The notes below the pieces were generated by a model. It had not been told where the DNA came from. It did no database searches and saw only the letters and a program-made list of their open reading frames with translations. Positions 18,412 through 27,030 of a stretch of 64,000 bases of DNA are shown piece by piece. The stretch is from the sequence record NC_010811.2; one strand, given 5' to 3'. The translations under genes were made by a program, and so were the position numbers. The first letter of the stretch is position 1, and the number at the start of each line of letters is the position of its first letter.

Positions 18412-19500
18412 ATGGTTCGTCAAAAGGTTAAGATTGCTGCTTCCAAGAAGCCGGTGGTTGCCGCAACCGAGTACAAGTTCGGCGGCTCGAATGAGCGCGC
18501 TGTGGGCGCCAACGGTGAACTGAACGCGAGCAACAAGCGCGATCTGATCAACCGCCAAATCCAATTCATCCAGGCCGCCTCGCGTGGCGAACTGGCTGCT
18601 GACGGTCAAGTGCTGAAGGCCGAAGCCGCCGCGCAAACCTCGAAAGAACTGGTGCAAGCTGCGTTCAACGACAGCGAAGCGCACCGCGTTCTGGGTGAGC
18701 GCATGGCCGACAGCCTGTACCAGACCTGCAACCGTCAGGGCTTCGCTCGTAAGTACCTGACCAAGATCACGGTCGAACAAGGCAGCATTCCGCGCTTCCC
18801 GGTCCGTCTGAAGAACGTGGTCGCCGCGTACTCGACGTCGCCGACGCAGATCCAGTCGCAAATCACGCTGGACAAGTGGCTGACCCCGCCCGAGCTGCAA
18901 CTGGTGGCTCGTCCGTTCATTCCCCTGAACGACCTGAACCAGTCGGCCGGCGACGTGCTGCAAGAGAAGTACGTGGAAGCCACCGAAGCCATCATGGTGT
19001 CGGAAGACCGCCTGTGGTACAACCTGGTGAACTCGATGGTGGGTGTCGACAACCCGCTGTCCATCATCAGCGGCTCGCTCACGCCGTACTCGTTCATGCA
19101 AGTGCAACAGAACGTGACGCGCTGGGGCCTGAAGGCACCGCACGTGCTGATCGCCAGCGATCTGTACGTCGACATCGTCGGCAACAGCGACTTCTACTTG
19201 GCCATCGACCCGGTCGCTCGCCACGAACTGCTGCTGACCGGTGAAATCGGCGTGATGTACGGCTGCACGATCACCTCGGACGCCTACCGCTTCCCGGAAC
19301 ACAAGGTGCTGAACCGCGGCGAATTCTTCGTCGTGGCCGACGCCCTGAACCATGGCGCGTACTCGGATCGCGGCGGTCTGCAATCGCAGCCGACCGACAT
19401 CACCGTGGAACGTGTGCCGGGCCGTGGCTGGGTGATGTACGAATCGCTCGCCATGTCGGTTGCCAACAGCACCTCGGTGGCGAAGGGTCTCCGCATCTAA
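18412..19500 (+). CDS. Major capsid protein (HK97-like fold, inferred)
   Basis: 362 aa with highly biased codons, following protease, scaffold and decoration genes. C-terminal pattern GEIGVMYGCTITSDAY...GEFFVVA...GWVMYESLAMSVAN resembles capsid proteins. Confidence 0.75.
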   Translation: MVRQKVKIAASKKPVVAATEYKFGGSNERAVGANGELNASNKRDLINRQIQFIQAASRGELAADGQVLKAEAAAQTSKELVQAAFNDSEAHRVLGERMADSLYQTCNRQGFARKYLTKITVEQGSIPRFPVRLKNVVAAYSTSPTQIQSQITLDKWLTPPELQLVARPFIPLNDLNQSAGDVLQEKYVEATEAIMVSEDRLWYNLVNSMVGVDNPLSIISGSLTPYSFMQVQQNVTRWGLKAPHVLIASDLYVDIVGNSDFYLAIDPVARHELLLTGEIGVMYGCTITSDAYRFPEHKVLNRGEFFVVADALNHGAYSDRGGLQSQPTDITVERVPGRGWVMYESLAMSVANSTSVAKGLRI

Positions 19501-19507
19501 GGACCTC

Positions 19508-19534
19508 GGAGGTGACGGCAAATCTGTCACCTCC
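19508..19534 (+). promoter_or_regulatory. Stem-loop downstream of the MCP gene (stabiliser/attenuator?)
   Basis: GGAGGTGAC and GTCACCTCC form a 9-bp inverted repeat without a U-tract. Confidence 0.4.
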
Positions 19535-19558
19535 TCAACCTGACAACTGGAGATCGAG

Positions 19559-20047
19559 ATGAAGTACAACCGAGCATTGGATTTTCTGATGACGGCTGCC
19601 GTCAAGTATGCGCAAGGCAAGCCGGAGCTGGCTGCCAAGTGCATGCACAAGGCCAGCCTCGAGCCGAGCTTCGCTCACGCCATTCGCATCCTCGAAGCGT
19701 CCAACGCCCAAGCCTATCAGGCGCAGGTGACGGCCAACGCTGAAGCCAAGGCCAAGGTGGAAGCCGAAGCCAAGGAAGACGAGGAACTCGAAGGGCTGGT
19801 GGGCGACGCCGACGACATGGAAGACGAGGAAGAGGCCGAAGAGGAAGTGGAAGCTGCCTCCGAGCCTGAAGGTGAACCGGGCGAAGTCGAAGACGAAGCC
19901 CTGGAAATCGAGGAAGCTGAAGAAGCTCCCCACGAGAAGTTCGCCAAGCTCCTGGCATCCATGAAGAAGCCGGCGAAAGCCACGGCTGCTGCAACCCCGG
20001 CTGTCGCCAAGAAGCCGGTGGCCGCTGCCAAGCGCGCTGCGAAGTAA
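19559..20047 (+). CDS. Hypothetical acidic head-associated protein
   Basis: 162 aa with a central E/D tract and an A/K-rich C-terminus. Confidence 0.6.
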   Translation: MKYNRALDFLMTAAVKYAQGKPELAAKCMHKASLEPSFAHAIRILEASNAQAYQAQVTANAEAKAKVEAEAKEDEELEGLVGDADDMEDEEEAEEEVEAASEPEGEPGEVEDEALEIEEAEEAPHEKFAKLLASMKKPAKATAAATPAVAKKPVAAAKRAAK

Positions 20048-20093
20048 TTCCCTGTCTCTAGAGACGGAGAAAGTCGGACCCCTTGGGTCCCCG

Positions 20094-20128
20094 GGCCCGG
20101 ACCTTTAACAAGGCTTCCGGGCCTTTTT
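20094..20128 (+). terminator. Intrinsic terminator
   Basis: GGCCCGGA...TCCGGGCC followed by TTTTT. Confidence 0.65.
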
Positions 20129-20142
20129 CATTTGGTGGGTCT

Positions 20143-20808
20143 ATGACCACGACGATTCAACCAATTGACTCATTCGTCTTCGCTGGGTTTCAGCAACGCT
20201 TCCAGCAAGTCTTCAATTGCCCTTGCCTGTTCATCAACCAGAACGACCGCACCAAGGTCATTGACCGGATCTTCGGACAAGGCAATCCGATCGAGTACCC
20301 ATACGCCTACTTCGTGATTCAGCGACTGTCTGCCAACAACGACAGCTACAATCCTCACCAGATGGGGCGTCGCGGGATCACCTTGAATGTGGACAGCGAA
20401 CAGACGATTCAGACTGTGCGCGTGCTGCCTACCACTTTCGAAGTGGAGGTCAACTACATCACCAACAAGATGGAGAGCACGGCGCAGGGATCGGTCATCG
20501 CGTTTGCACGGCGTTGGCTGCTCGCGCGGCGTTTCGGCTACCTGAAGTTCAGCATCAACTACGGCAATCTCCAGTTCGGTGTGGGAACCACTCTGCCTGA
20601 GGAGGTGCCTATTCCGCAGCGTGAGAACATCACTGAGACCGAAACCAAGTACGACGTGGTGACCACGATTGCAGTGCACGGTTACGTGAGTGAGCCGATG
20701 TTGGGACGTCAGGGCAAGGTCAACAAGGTGAACCTCAATCAGGGCATCCAGCTGCCGAAAGGACAGGTGGTCAGTACTCAGACCTTCACGTGGAACAAGC
20801 CTCAATAG
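20143..20808 (+). CDS. Putative tail completion/terminator protein
   Basis: ATG at 20143; 221 aa; lies between the head genes and the sheath. Function is inferred from position. Confidence 0.4.
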   Translation: MTTTIQPIDSFVFAGFQQRFQQVFNCPCLFINQNDRTKVIDRIFGQGNPIEYPYAYFVIQRLSANNDSYNPHQMGRRGITLNVDSEQTIQTVRVLPTTFEVEVNYITNKMESTAQGSVIAFARRWLLARRFGYLKFSINYGNLQFGVGTTLPEEVPIPQRENITETETKYDVVTTIAVHGYVSEPMLGRQGKVNKVNLNQGIQLPKGQVVSTQTFTWNKPQ

Positions 20809-20819
20809 CAACCAGCGTG

Positions 20820-20827
20820 AATTTGAT
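20820..20827 (+). promoter_or_regulatory. AATTTGAT motif (putative late promoter for the sheath operon)
   Basis: About 28 nt before the ATG at 20856. Confidence 0.5.
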
Positions 20828-20855
20828 AGTAGGAATTCAACTAAAGGAGTCAGCA

Positions 20856-21101
20856 ATGGCCCTCGTACGAAATGTCGGCAAAATGCCTCTGCATGTCGGC
20901 ATCATCCAGGAAGACGGATCGAAGACCACGATCCGAGTCATGCCTAGCATCAGCCGTAGCGTGAGCCTGCCGCCGGGATCGCAAATCGACCCGGTCTGGC
21001 TCGCACTTGAAGGTAAGGACCTCCGCGTATTCGACGATCCGAAACCGGTGACTGCCACAAACGACGCGCCAGACGTTCCGACGGAAACCGACAAGGAGTA
21101 A
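20856..21101 (+). CDS. Small hypothetical protein upstream of the sheath
   Basis: AAGGAG SD; MALVRNVGKMPLHVG; 81 aa. Confidence 0.65.
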   Translation: MALVRNVGKMPLHVGIIQEDGSKTTIRVMPSISRSVSLPPGSQIDPVWLALEGKDLRVFDDPKPVTATNDAPDVPTETDKE

Positions 21102-21104
21102 GTT

Positions 21105-23051
21105 ATGGGTACGATTTCCCCGAACCAATCGTCAAAGGTCATCGTCAACGAGATCAACCTCAGTCAGGTGATCGCCGGTGCTAGTACGTCGGTTGCGGCG
21201 CAGGTCATTGTCAGCGCGCAGGGCCCGACGCTGGCTCCGTTCAACAACACGAATCCGGATGCGTATCTGGCGACGGTTGGCAATCCGAACGCGCAAGTGT
21301 CGTTTGACCAGTACACGGCTCTCGACTACTTCAAGGAAGGCAGCAACCTCTGGTCGCTGCGCGTGGTGGGTGCCGGGGCGCTGTATAGCGCGCTGCTCAT
21401 GTACACCGACGGCACGAGCACCTTCCTGCGTCCGATCACGGCAGGCGTCGCTGATCCCACGCAGCCCAACTGGCCTGCGCTGTTGCCTCCAGGTTCGTTC
21501 ACGGCGCTGGCCCTGTTCTACCCGATCAACGGTCAAGGCGGCTACGGCAACAACACGGCGATCTCCATCGCCAGCTCCAACATCGCTTCGCCAACGGATC
21601 TGGCTGCGACCAGCGCGTCGACCGGCGGAACGATGGTGCCAGCCACCTATCAGTATCAGATCAGCGCTGTGTCCAAGTCGGGCGAAGCACTGGTGGCGCC
21701 CGCCGTCAACATCGTGATCGCAGCAGGAACTGTCACCAATAGCGTGACGCTCACGTGGACTGCAGTGCCGGGAGCTACGGCCTACAACATCTACGGCCGG
21801 ACCAGCGGCGCGCTGGGTCTCGTGGCGCAAGTGGGTGCAGGCAGTGGCACGATGACGTTCACCGACACGGGCGCTCCGCTGTCGAACCCCACGCAACAGC
21901 CGATTACCAACCCGGCAAACGTCACGACCAGCCCGTACTTCACGGTCAACGTGTTCAACACGGTGAACAGCTCGATCTACCCGGTCGAAACCTTCACCTG
22001 CACGTTGATGGAGAACACTGGTCCCAACGGACTGGAAACGGAAATCACGCAAGCGATCAACCCGTTCTCGTCGTGGGTACAGGTCACGTCCAACGTGCCG
22101 AACCTGTTGGTGCCTCCCTCGTCTGTGGGCAACGCCAGCGTGCAGAATCTGGCAGGCGGCAACAGCGGTGCGGCGCCTACCAGTCTGCAAGTTGCAGGCG
22201 CATGGGCCAAGTTCAGCAACAAGCAACTGTATCCGATCAACCTGCTGATCAACGGTGGTCACTCGACGCCGGACGTTCAACTGGCGATGGACTCGCTGGC
22301 TCAGCAACGCGGGGACTGCGTGGCACTGCTCGATGTACCGTCGGCCTCGCAGCAGTATCAGCAAGCGATCAACTATCGCAACCTGCAGCTGAACTTGAAC
22401 TCCACGTACTCGGCACTCTTCGCGCCGGATGTGCTGGAAGCCGACACGATCAACGGGAAGCAGCAATACGTCCCGTTCTCGGGCTGGGCCGCTGCACTGT
22501 GCGCACGCACCGATCGCGTCCAGAACCCGGCATGGTCCATCGCCGGTCTGAACCGCGGTCTGGTCAACGTGCTGAAGACGCGCTATGTGTACGACGAAGG
22601 CCAGATGAACCAACTGTTCCAGGCCCAAGTCAACTACACGCAGACGTTCATCGGTCAGGGCATCGCGCTGTGGGAACAGCAAACGATGAGCGCGCAGTTC
22701 TCGGCGCTGTCGTGGCTGTCGGTGCGTCGCATCGTGAACGTGATCAAGGTGTCGCTGTACAAGTTCCTGCTGTACTCGCTGCAGGAGCCGAACGACGACT
22801 TCCTGGGTCGCCAGATCGTGGAGAGCTGCTCGTCGTATCTGCAGAACATCCAGAACGCACGCGGCCTGTCGGCTTACAAGGTTGTGTCGGACTCCACCAA
22901 CAACTCTGCGGACGACTTCAACAGCGGCATCCGCAACGTCACGGTGGTTCTGATTCCGACTATCCCAGTGCACATCATCAATCTGCAAGTGGTGATCAGC
23001 AAGCAGGGCGTGTCGTTCTCGGAAGTGCTGTCGCAGGTGAATCCAGGCTAA
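21105..23051 (+). CDS. Tail sheath protein with an inserted Ig/FN3-like domain
   Basis: Sheath C-terminal motifs (DCVALLDVP, PFSGWAA..ARTD, WSIAGLNRG, WEQQT...LSVRR, LQEPND..L). Insert YQYQISAVS...LTWTAVPGATAYNIYGR resembles FN3. Confidence 0.9.
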   Translation: MGTISPNQSSKVIVNEINLSQVIAGASTSVAAQVIVSAQGPTLAPFNNTNPDAYLATVGNPNAQVSFDQYTALDYFKEGSNLWSLRVVGAGALYSALLMYTDGTSTFLRPITAGVADPTQPNWPALLPPGSFTALALFYPINGQGGYGNNTAISIASSNIASPTDLAATSASTGGTMVPATYQYQISAVSKSGEALVAPAVNIVIAAGTVTNSVTLTWTAVPGATAYNIYGRTSGALGLVAQVGAGSGTMTFTDTGAPLSNPTQQPITNPANVTTSPYFTVNVFNTVNSSIYPVETFTCTLMENTGPNGLETEITQAINPFSSWVQVTSNVPNLLVPPSSVGNASVQNLAGGNSGAAPTSLQVAGAWAKFSNKQLYPINLLINGGHSTPDVQLAMDSLAQQRGDCVALLDVPSASQQYQQAINYRNLQLNLNSTYSALFAPDVLEADTINGKQQYVPFSGWAAALCARTDRVQNPAWSIAGLNRGLVNVLKTRYVYDEGQMNQLFQAQVNYTQTFIGQGIALWEQQTMSAQFSALSWLSVRRIVNVIKVSLYKFLLYSLQEPNDDFLGRQIVESCSSYLQNIQNARGLSAYKVVSDSTNNSADDFNSGIRNVTVVLIPTIPVHIINLQVVISKQGVSFSEVLSQVNPG

Positions 23052-23057
23052 CGGGTT

Positions 23058-23075
23058 GGGAGGGTTCGCCCTCCC
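23058..23075 (+). promoter_or_regulatory. UUCG-loop hairpin after the sheath gene
   Basis: GGGAGGG-TTCG-CCCTCCC with no clear U-tract. Confidence 0.45.
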
Positions 23076-23100
23076 TGCCTAACGCTTATGGAGATCAAGC

Positions 23101-24132
23101 ATGGCAGATGAAAGTGAAGTGTTCAAGCCGAAGTCCTACGGCGAGCAGAACTGGAAGACCATCGAGAAGCGGCAGGAGATTAAGGAGCCTTCGGAAAGCA
23201 CGAAGCCCGTGGGTACAGGTGGCAAGCAGGGCTCCAATCAGTACCAGACGCAGTCGGCTCACAGTCCTGGGGCTCGTGAGCTGTTGCCGCAGAACGATGC
23301 GCAGTATGCGAGCGATCAGGCCAGCATGCGACCTGAAAGCACAAAGCGCGAATCGTTGTACGACGAGACCGCGGTCAAGTCGGGTCCCAGTCGCTTCCTA
23401 ACCGAAGCGGAGATCCGTGCTCGGGGCGGTCGAGTGTTGGCCGAACAGGCGCTTGAGCAAGCGCTGAAAACGATGGCGTCCAAGGGAGGCGTGTCTGATG
23501 CTACTGGCAATCCAAATGCAAATCTGGATGGGGGTATGGCGGCTAGTGATCCTCAGCCCAATGCTCAGCGCGTTCTCAACGGAAGCCGACTCGGCACCGA
23601 AGACGACAGCCTGACAAAGGATCAGGAGAACTACGGCACTGGATCCAACATGGATCGTGGGGCCGGAACGTCCACACCTCGTCCGTCGCGCAGTGTGTTG
23701 CCTCCGTTGTACGACACGGACACCAGCAGCTCGTATGCGCGCGAGACCAACGTGAACCGCAACACAACGGCCCGCGACCCCGAGCATATCTGGGACGTAT
23801 CGCAGCTGACGACGGGCGCCGTTCACCGGCTGACCGCCACGTCGACCATTGACAACGAGCCTGACGTCGGCGGTGGCATCAACATGACGGGCGAGGAAGG
23901 GTCGCGGCATACGTGTCCTGGCACGATCACCTGCACGGCAGCAGTCCAACGGCTGGCCAAGGACGTGCACGATGGGGACTTCGATCCTGCGGGGCGCGCC
24001 ACCGGCGATCGCATGATCACCAACGATCCCAAGAACACCGGCTATCTGAATGTCCACAGTTCGGAAGTGGATGCAGATGCCGACCCTCGTCTGTGGAACA
24101 TGGCTAATCAGCCCATGGGGCAAGCCGGATAA
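23101..24132 (+). CDS. Hypothetical, largely disordered protein with internal AxxRL motifs
   Basis: 343 aa, hydrophilic; contains TGAVHRLTA and TAAVQRLA. Confidence 0.6.
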   Translation: MADESEVFKPKSYGEQNWKTIEKRQEIKEPSESTKPVGTGGKQGSNQYQTQSAHSPGARELLPQNDAQYASDQASMRPESTKRESLYDETAVKSGPSRFLTEAEIRARGGRVLAEQALEQALKTMASKGGVSDATGNPNANLDGGMAASDPQPNAQRVLNGSRLGTEDDSLTKDQENYGTGSNMDRGAGTSTPRPSRSVLPPLYDTDTSSSYARETNVNRNTTARDPEHIWDVSQLTTGAVHRLTATSTIDNEPDVGGGINMTGEEGSRHTCPGTITCTAAVQRLAKDVHDGDFDPAGRATGDRMITNDPKNTGYLNVHSSEVDADADPRLWNMANQPMGQAG

Positions 24133-24150
24133 TCAATCAAGGAGTTTATT

Positions 24151-24660
24151 ATGGCACGTACCAGTGTCTATGATGTGACTGCGGTCGGAGATCCGGCGTT
24201 GTCGTGGAACTATGACCTGTTCCTGCCAGCGATCCCGGGCACGGCCGAGACTCGACAGCTCACGTGGCGATGCATGAGCACTGCGCTGCCGGGTTCGGAA
24301 GTGGATCGTGTGGATGTCCAATTGCACGGCGTTCAGCTCGTGTACATGGGCCGCCGCAACTGGAGCCACAGCTTCAACTCGACGTTCCTGGAAGCGATCG
24401 ACTGGGCAACGCGCGATGCGTTCGTCGCCTGGATGGAAGCTGGTCGTTCCTGGGTGCGCAACGCGGGCACCGAGAGCACCACGTACAAGGTCAACGGCCA
24501 GCTCGTGGTGTATGACGACATCCCCAACGTCGTCAAGACTGTTCAGGTCGTGGGCATGTGGCCGCAAGCCATTGCCGACGTGCCGCTGGACGGTTCGCAA
24601 GGTGGCGGTCACGTGTCGCTGGAAATCACGTGGGCGTACGACTACACGATCGACCTGTAA
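24151..24660 (+). CDS. Tail tube protein (T4 gp19-like)
   Basis: 169 aa with gp19-like pattern (WRCMSTALPG, YMGRRNWS..F.STFLE, W, YD, ..WPQAI.D..LD, TWAYDY); AAGGAG SD; downstream of the sheath. Confidence 0.8.
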   Translation: MARTSVYDVTAVGDPALSWNYDLFLPAIPGTAETRQLTWRCMSTALPGSEVDRVDVQLHGVQLVYMGRRNWSHSFNSTFLEAIDWATRDAFVAWMEAGRSWVRNAGTESTTYKVNGQLVVYDDIPNVVKTVQVVGMWPQAIADVPLDGSQGGGHVSLEITWAYDYTIDL

Positions 24661-24673
24661 TACCTGCTTCACC

Positions 24674-24704
24674 AAGGAGAGCTTCGGCTCTCCTTCTTCC
24701 TCTT
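24674..24704 (+). terminator. Terminator with a cUUCGg loop
   Basis: AAGGAGAGC-TTCG-GCTCTCCTT followed by a pyrimidine tract. Confidence 0.65.
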
Positions 24705-24824
24705 CTGCGTTCTGCAGACATAGCTTCATTGAAGGTTAGTGCAACGCTGACCGCCTCTCCACATCTTCATCTGCGACTTCCGTAAGAGGTCTTAGATGAT
24801 GCTGTCTACCAAGAGAGGTCTACA

Positions 24825-25383
24825 ATGAGCACCGTCAACTTCCCCTTCTCAGTACCAGTCAATTACTATACAGGAACTGGCATCAGTGCGCAGTTGTTTC
24901 GCTCTGAGTTCTACACGAATCTGCCAGTTACCACACAACATGTTGTAGCAGTCGCTACCACGGACACTGGAACCGCGCCCGCAGGTCTTTACCTGTTCCA
25001 AGGTCAAACGTGGCAGCTTGCCATACCATACGACAATCTCAATGATTTCATCATCGCAGGAGTATGGTCTGTACACTGACGGATCCATCTACTACGAGAT
25101 CGTGCTGAACGGAACGTTGACCGCTTCGTCATTCGCCAGTGCTGGGAACACGAGTCTAGCGTTGATCGACACGGCGGCTACCGGCATCACGGGAGGCCAA
25201 GTGGTGAAGTCGGGATACTTGTCAACGAACACTCGCATCAGTTCGTTCGCTCAGATCCAGCTGTATTTCCCACTGGTCTACAGCAGCTTGCTCAACACGC
25301 AAGACACGCTGACGGTTGTCGCCACCCAGATTACGACCAACTCGCACGCCGCAGCTACGATCGGCTGGAGTGAGTACTACTGA
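24825..25383 (+). pseudogene. Split fibre-like gene: ORF 24825-25079 (fibre N-terminal module) plus ORF to 25383 in the +1 frame
   Basis: The first ORF resembles the N-terminus of the 50143 fibre (GLY...W.LA.PYD). The second frame reads as a compact beta domain. Frames overlap near 25050-25080. Confidence 0.45.
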
Positions 25384-25393
25384 CGCATTCTGC

Positions 25394-25401
25394 AATTTGA
25401 T
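25394..25401 (+). promoter_or_regulatory. AATTTGAT motif (putative late promoter)
   Basis: CTGCAATTTGAT, about 57 nt before the ATG at 25459. Confidence 0.55.
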
Positions 25402-25458
25402 GGTATAACCCTCCGAGGTTCACTTCCGAAACATCCTGTTCACTTGACAGAGGAATTC

Positions 25459-26207
25459 ATGGATACCAATACCATTTCGATCACCGACTACCAAATGGTG
25501 AACAAGCGTCTGGCTCGCGTGGTCGTCGCTTTCACCGGCAACATGCAGAAGGAAGAAGTGCGCGATCGCATCGCTGAGCGCTTCGACAATCTGGCGACCG
25601 TGGTCCCCAACAGCTTCCAGGCCTGGTGAAGGCCAACGTGGCAGTCGGATTCCTGCGTGCCAACAAGGAAGTGCGCGTGGTCACCGAGAAGGAAGTCCGT
25701 GCATCGTATCGCACGCTGGCCTCCAACATCATGATGGACAACCGCGATCGCTCGCTGTGGGAAGTCAAGGAAGGCGACGGCGGCAAGTACCTGGCCCGCC
25801 ACGGCCACGAAGATCTGAGCGAGCTGGTGAGCGCCAAGGTGCACCATCGCCAAGACATCCCGAAGGTGCATCACATCGCAACGGCTGCTGCAGTCGCCGG
25901 TGAGTTCGCCACGTTCGTCAGCAAGACTGGCGAAGTGGAACACGGCTTCGTTCTGCAGGCCAACGCCACTCACGCCAAGGTGTTGCCGATCTCCACTCGT
26001 GTGCCGGAAGTCGTGGCCAACGTGCAGATCACCCAGCTGTCGCGCGTTCCGGTCCGTAAGTCGGTCCACGCGCAGATCGTGAAGGCTGGCATCATCTCGG
26101 CCGAGGAGAAGGCCAAGTCCAAGGAGTACTACGAGAAGCTGTACGGGTACGACGCCGACTATCTGGCGCAGGTCATCAACGAAATCGAGACGACGACCTT
26201 CGTCTAA
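25459..26207 (+). CDS. Probable single head/core protein interrupted by a -1 frameshift at about 25626
   Basis: MDTNTISITDY...SFQAW stops at TGA 25627-29; GTG at 25626 continues in the -1 frame (VKANVAVG...) with no SD. One extra G would join them into about 249 aa. Confidence 0.6.
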
Positions 26208-26220
26208 GCCGTGCCCAACG

Positions 26221-26250
26221 AAAAAGCCCCGCTAAATAGCGGGGCTTTTT
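26221..26250. terminator. Bidirectional intrinsic terminator between the convergent structural and replication blocks
   Basis: AAAAAGCCCCGCT-AAAT-AGCGGGGCTTTTT. Confidence 0.85.
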
Positions 26251-26261
26251 GCTTTGCTGCT

Positions 26262-26810
26262 TCAGTGAAGAATGCGCGGCACAGTCTGCTCGTCTTCATC
26301 GTCGCACGTGCAGTGCTTGGCGCAGGCCCCACAATCACCACAGATGGGGCCGCTGTGCTCTTCTTCATCCAACGTGGAAATCACGTCAATGACTTCATCG
26401 TCATCGTCGCTGTCCTCGTTGTCCTCCTCGTAAGGCAAATCCAGCAGCACCTCCTCTAGGATTTCGGCCTCCTCTTCTGGGTTCATCATGCACTGCGCTT
26501 CGGAGATCAGCTCCTGAAGCGAGTAGTAGCGCTTGTCAACCGGCATGCCGTCGCCGTCCCGCACTGCAAGCCCCTGATGCAAACAGTGCAGCGCATTCTT
26601 GGCACTCGCCGCCCACATGATGATCAGGAATTCAAACACCCCGTGCGGCAGCGGATCCGTCGGCTTCTTGCCAAGTGCCTTGAGCAGCAGGTCTTGCATA
26701 CTGATCAGCCATTCGAGGAACTCCGACTGAATGGGGCGCTCGGTATCCGCGTGCGGCCCCTCTTCATCCCATTCCTTCGCCTTCTTCAGCAGCTCAGTCA
26801 GAATCGCCAT
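26262..26810 (-). CDS. Hypothetical acidic protein with a Cys-rich C-terminus
   Basis: 182 aa; long E/D tract followed by CGDCGACAKHCTC. Confidence 0.6.
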   Translation of the reverse strand: MAILTELLKKAKEWDEEGPHADTERPIQSEFLEWLISMQDLLLKALGKKPTDPLPHGVFEFLIIMWAASAKNALHCLHQGLAVRDGDGMPVDKRYYSLQELISEAQCMMNPEEEAEILEEVLLDLPYEEDNEDSDDDDEVIDVISTLDEEEHSGPICGDCGACAKHCTCDDEDEQTVPRILH

Positions 26811-26812
26811 GT

Positions 26813-27028
26813 CTATTCCTTCTTGGGTAACATCGGTACTTCGTCTTCCACGTCGCCGGGAGCGATCACGAGATTGAGATAGCCCGCAGGCAGCGGTTCA
26901 CTGCCCGCTACATCCATCAGCGTAACGGCGCCGTTCGCGTCGCGCGTTCCGTACCAGTACTCATGCTTGAGAAGCAGAGGAAAGTACGCAACGACCGCGG
27001 CACTGGGTTTGATCTTGAAGTAGGGCAT
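26813..27028 (-). CDS. Small hypothetical protein
   Basis: 71 aa tiling between its neighbours. Confidence 0.55.
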   Translation of the reverse strand: MPYFKIKPSAAVVAYFPLLLKHEYWYGTRDANGAVTLMDVAGSEPLPAGYLNLVIAPGDVEDEVPMLPKKE

Positions 27029-27030
27029 GG

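Noticed and set aside
24700-24824. Intergenic stretch as a possible tRNA or ncRNA
   Set aside because: I could not find a cloverleaf, T-loop GTTCGA or CCA end; only short imperfect repeats (AAGAGGTCT / AGAGGTCT).
25610-25640. Programmed ribosomal frameshift (tail-chaperone style)
   Set aside because: No slippery heptamer or obvious downstream stimulator is present, the gene is not in the tube/tape-measure position, and a one-base error explains it.
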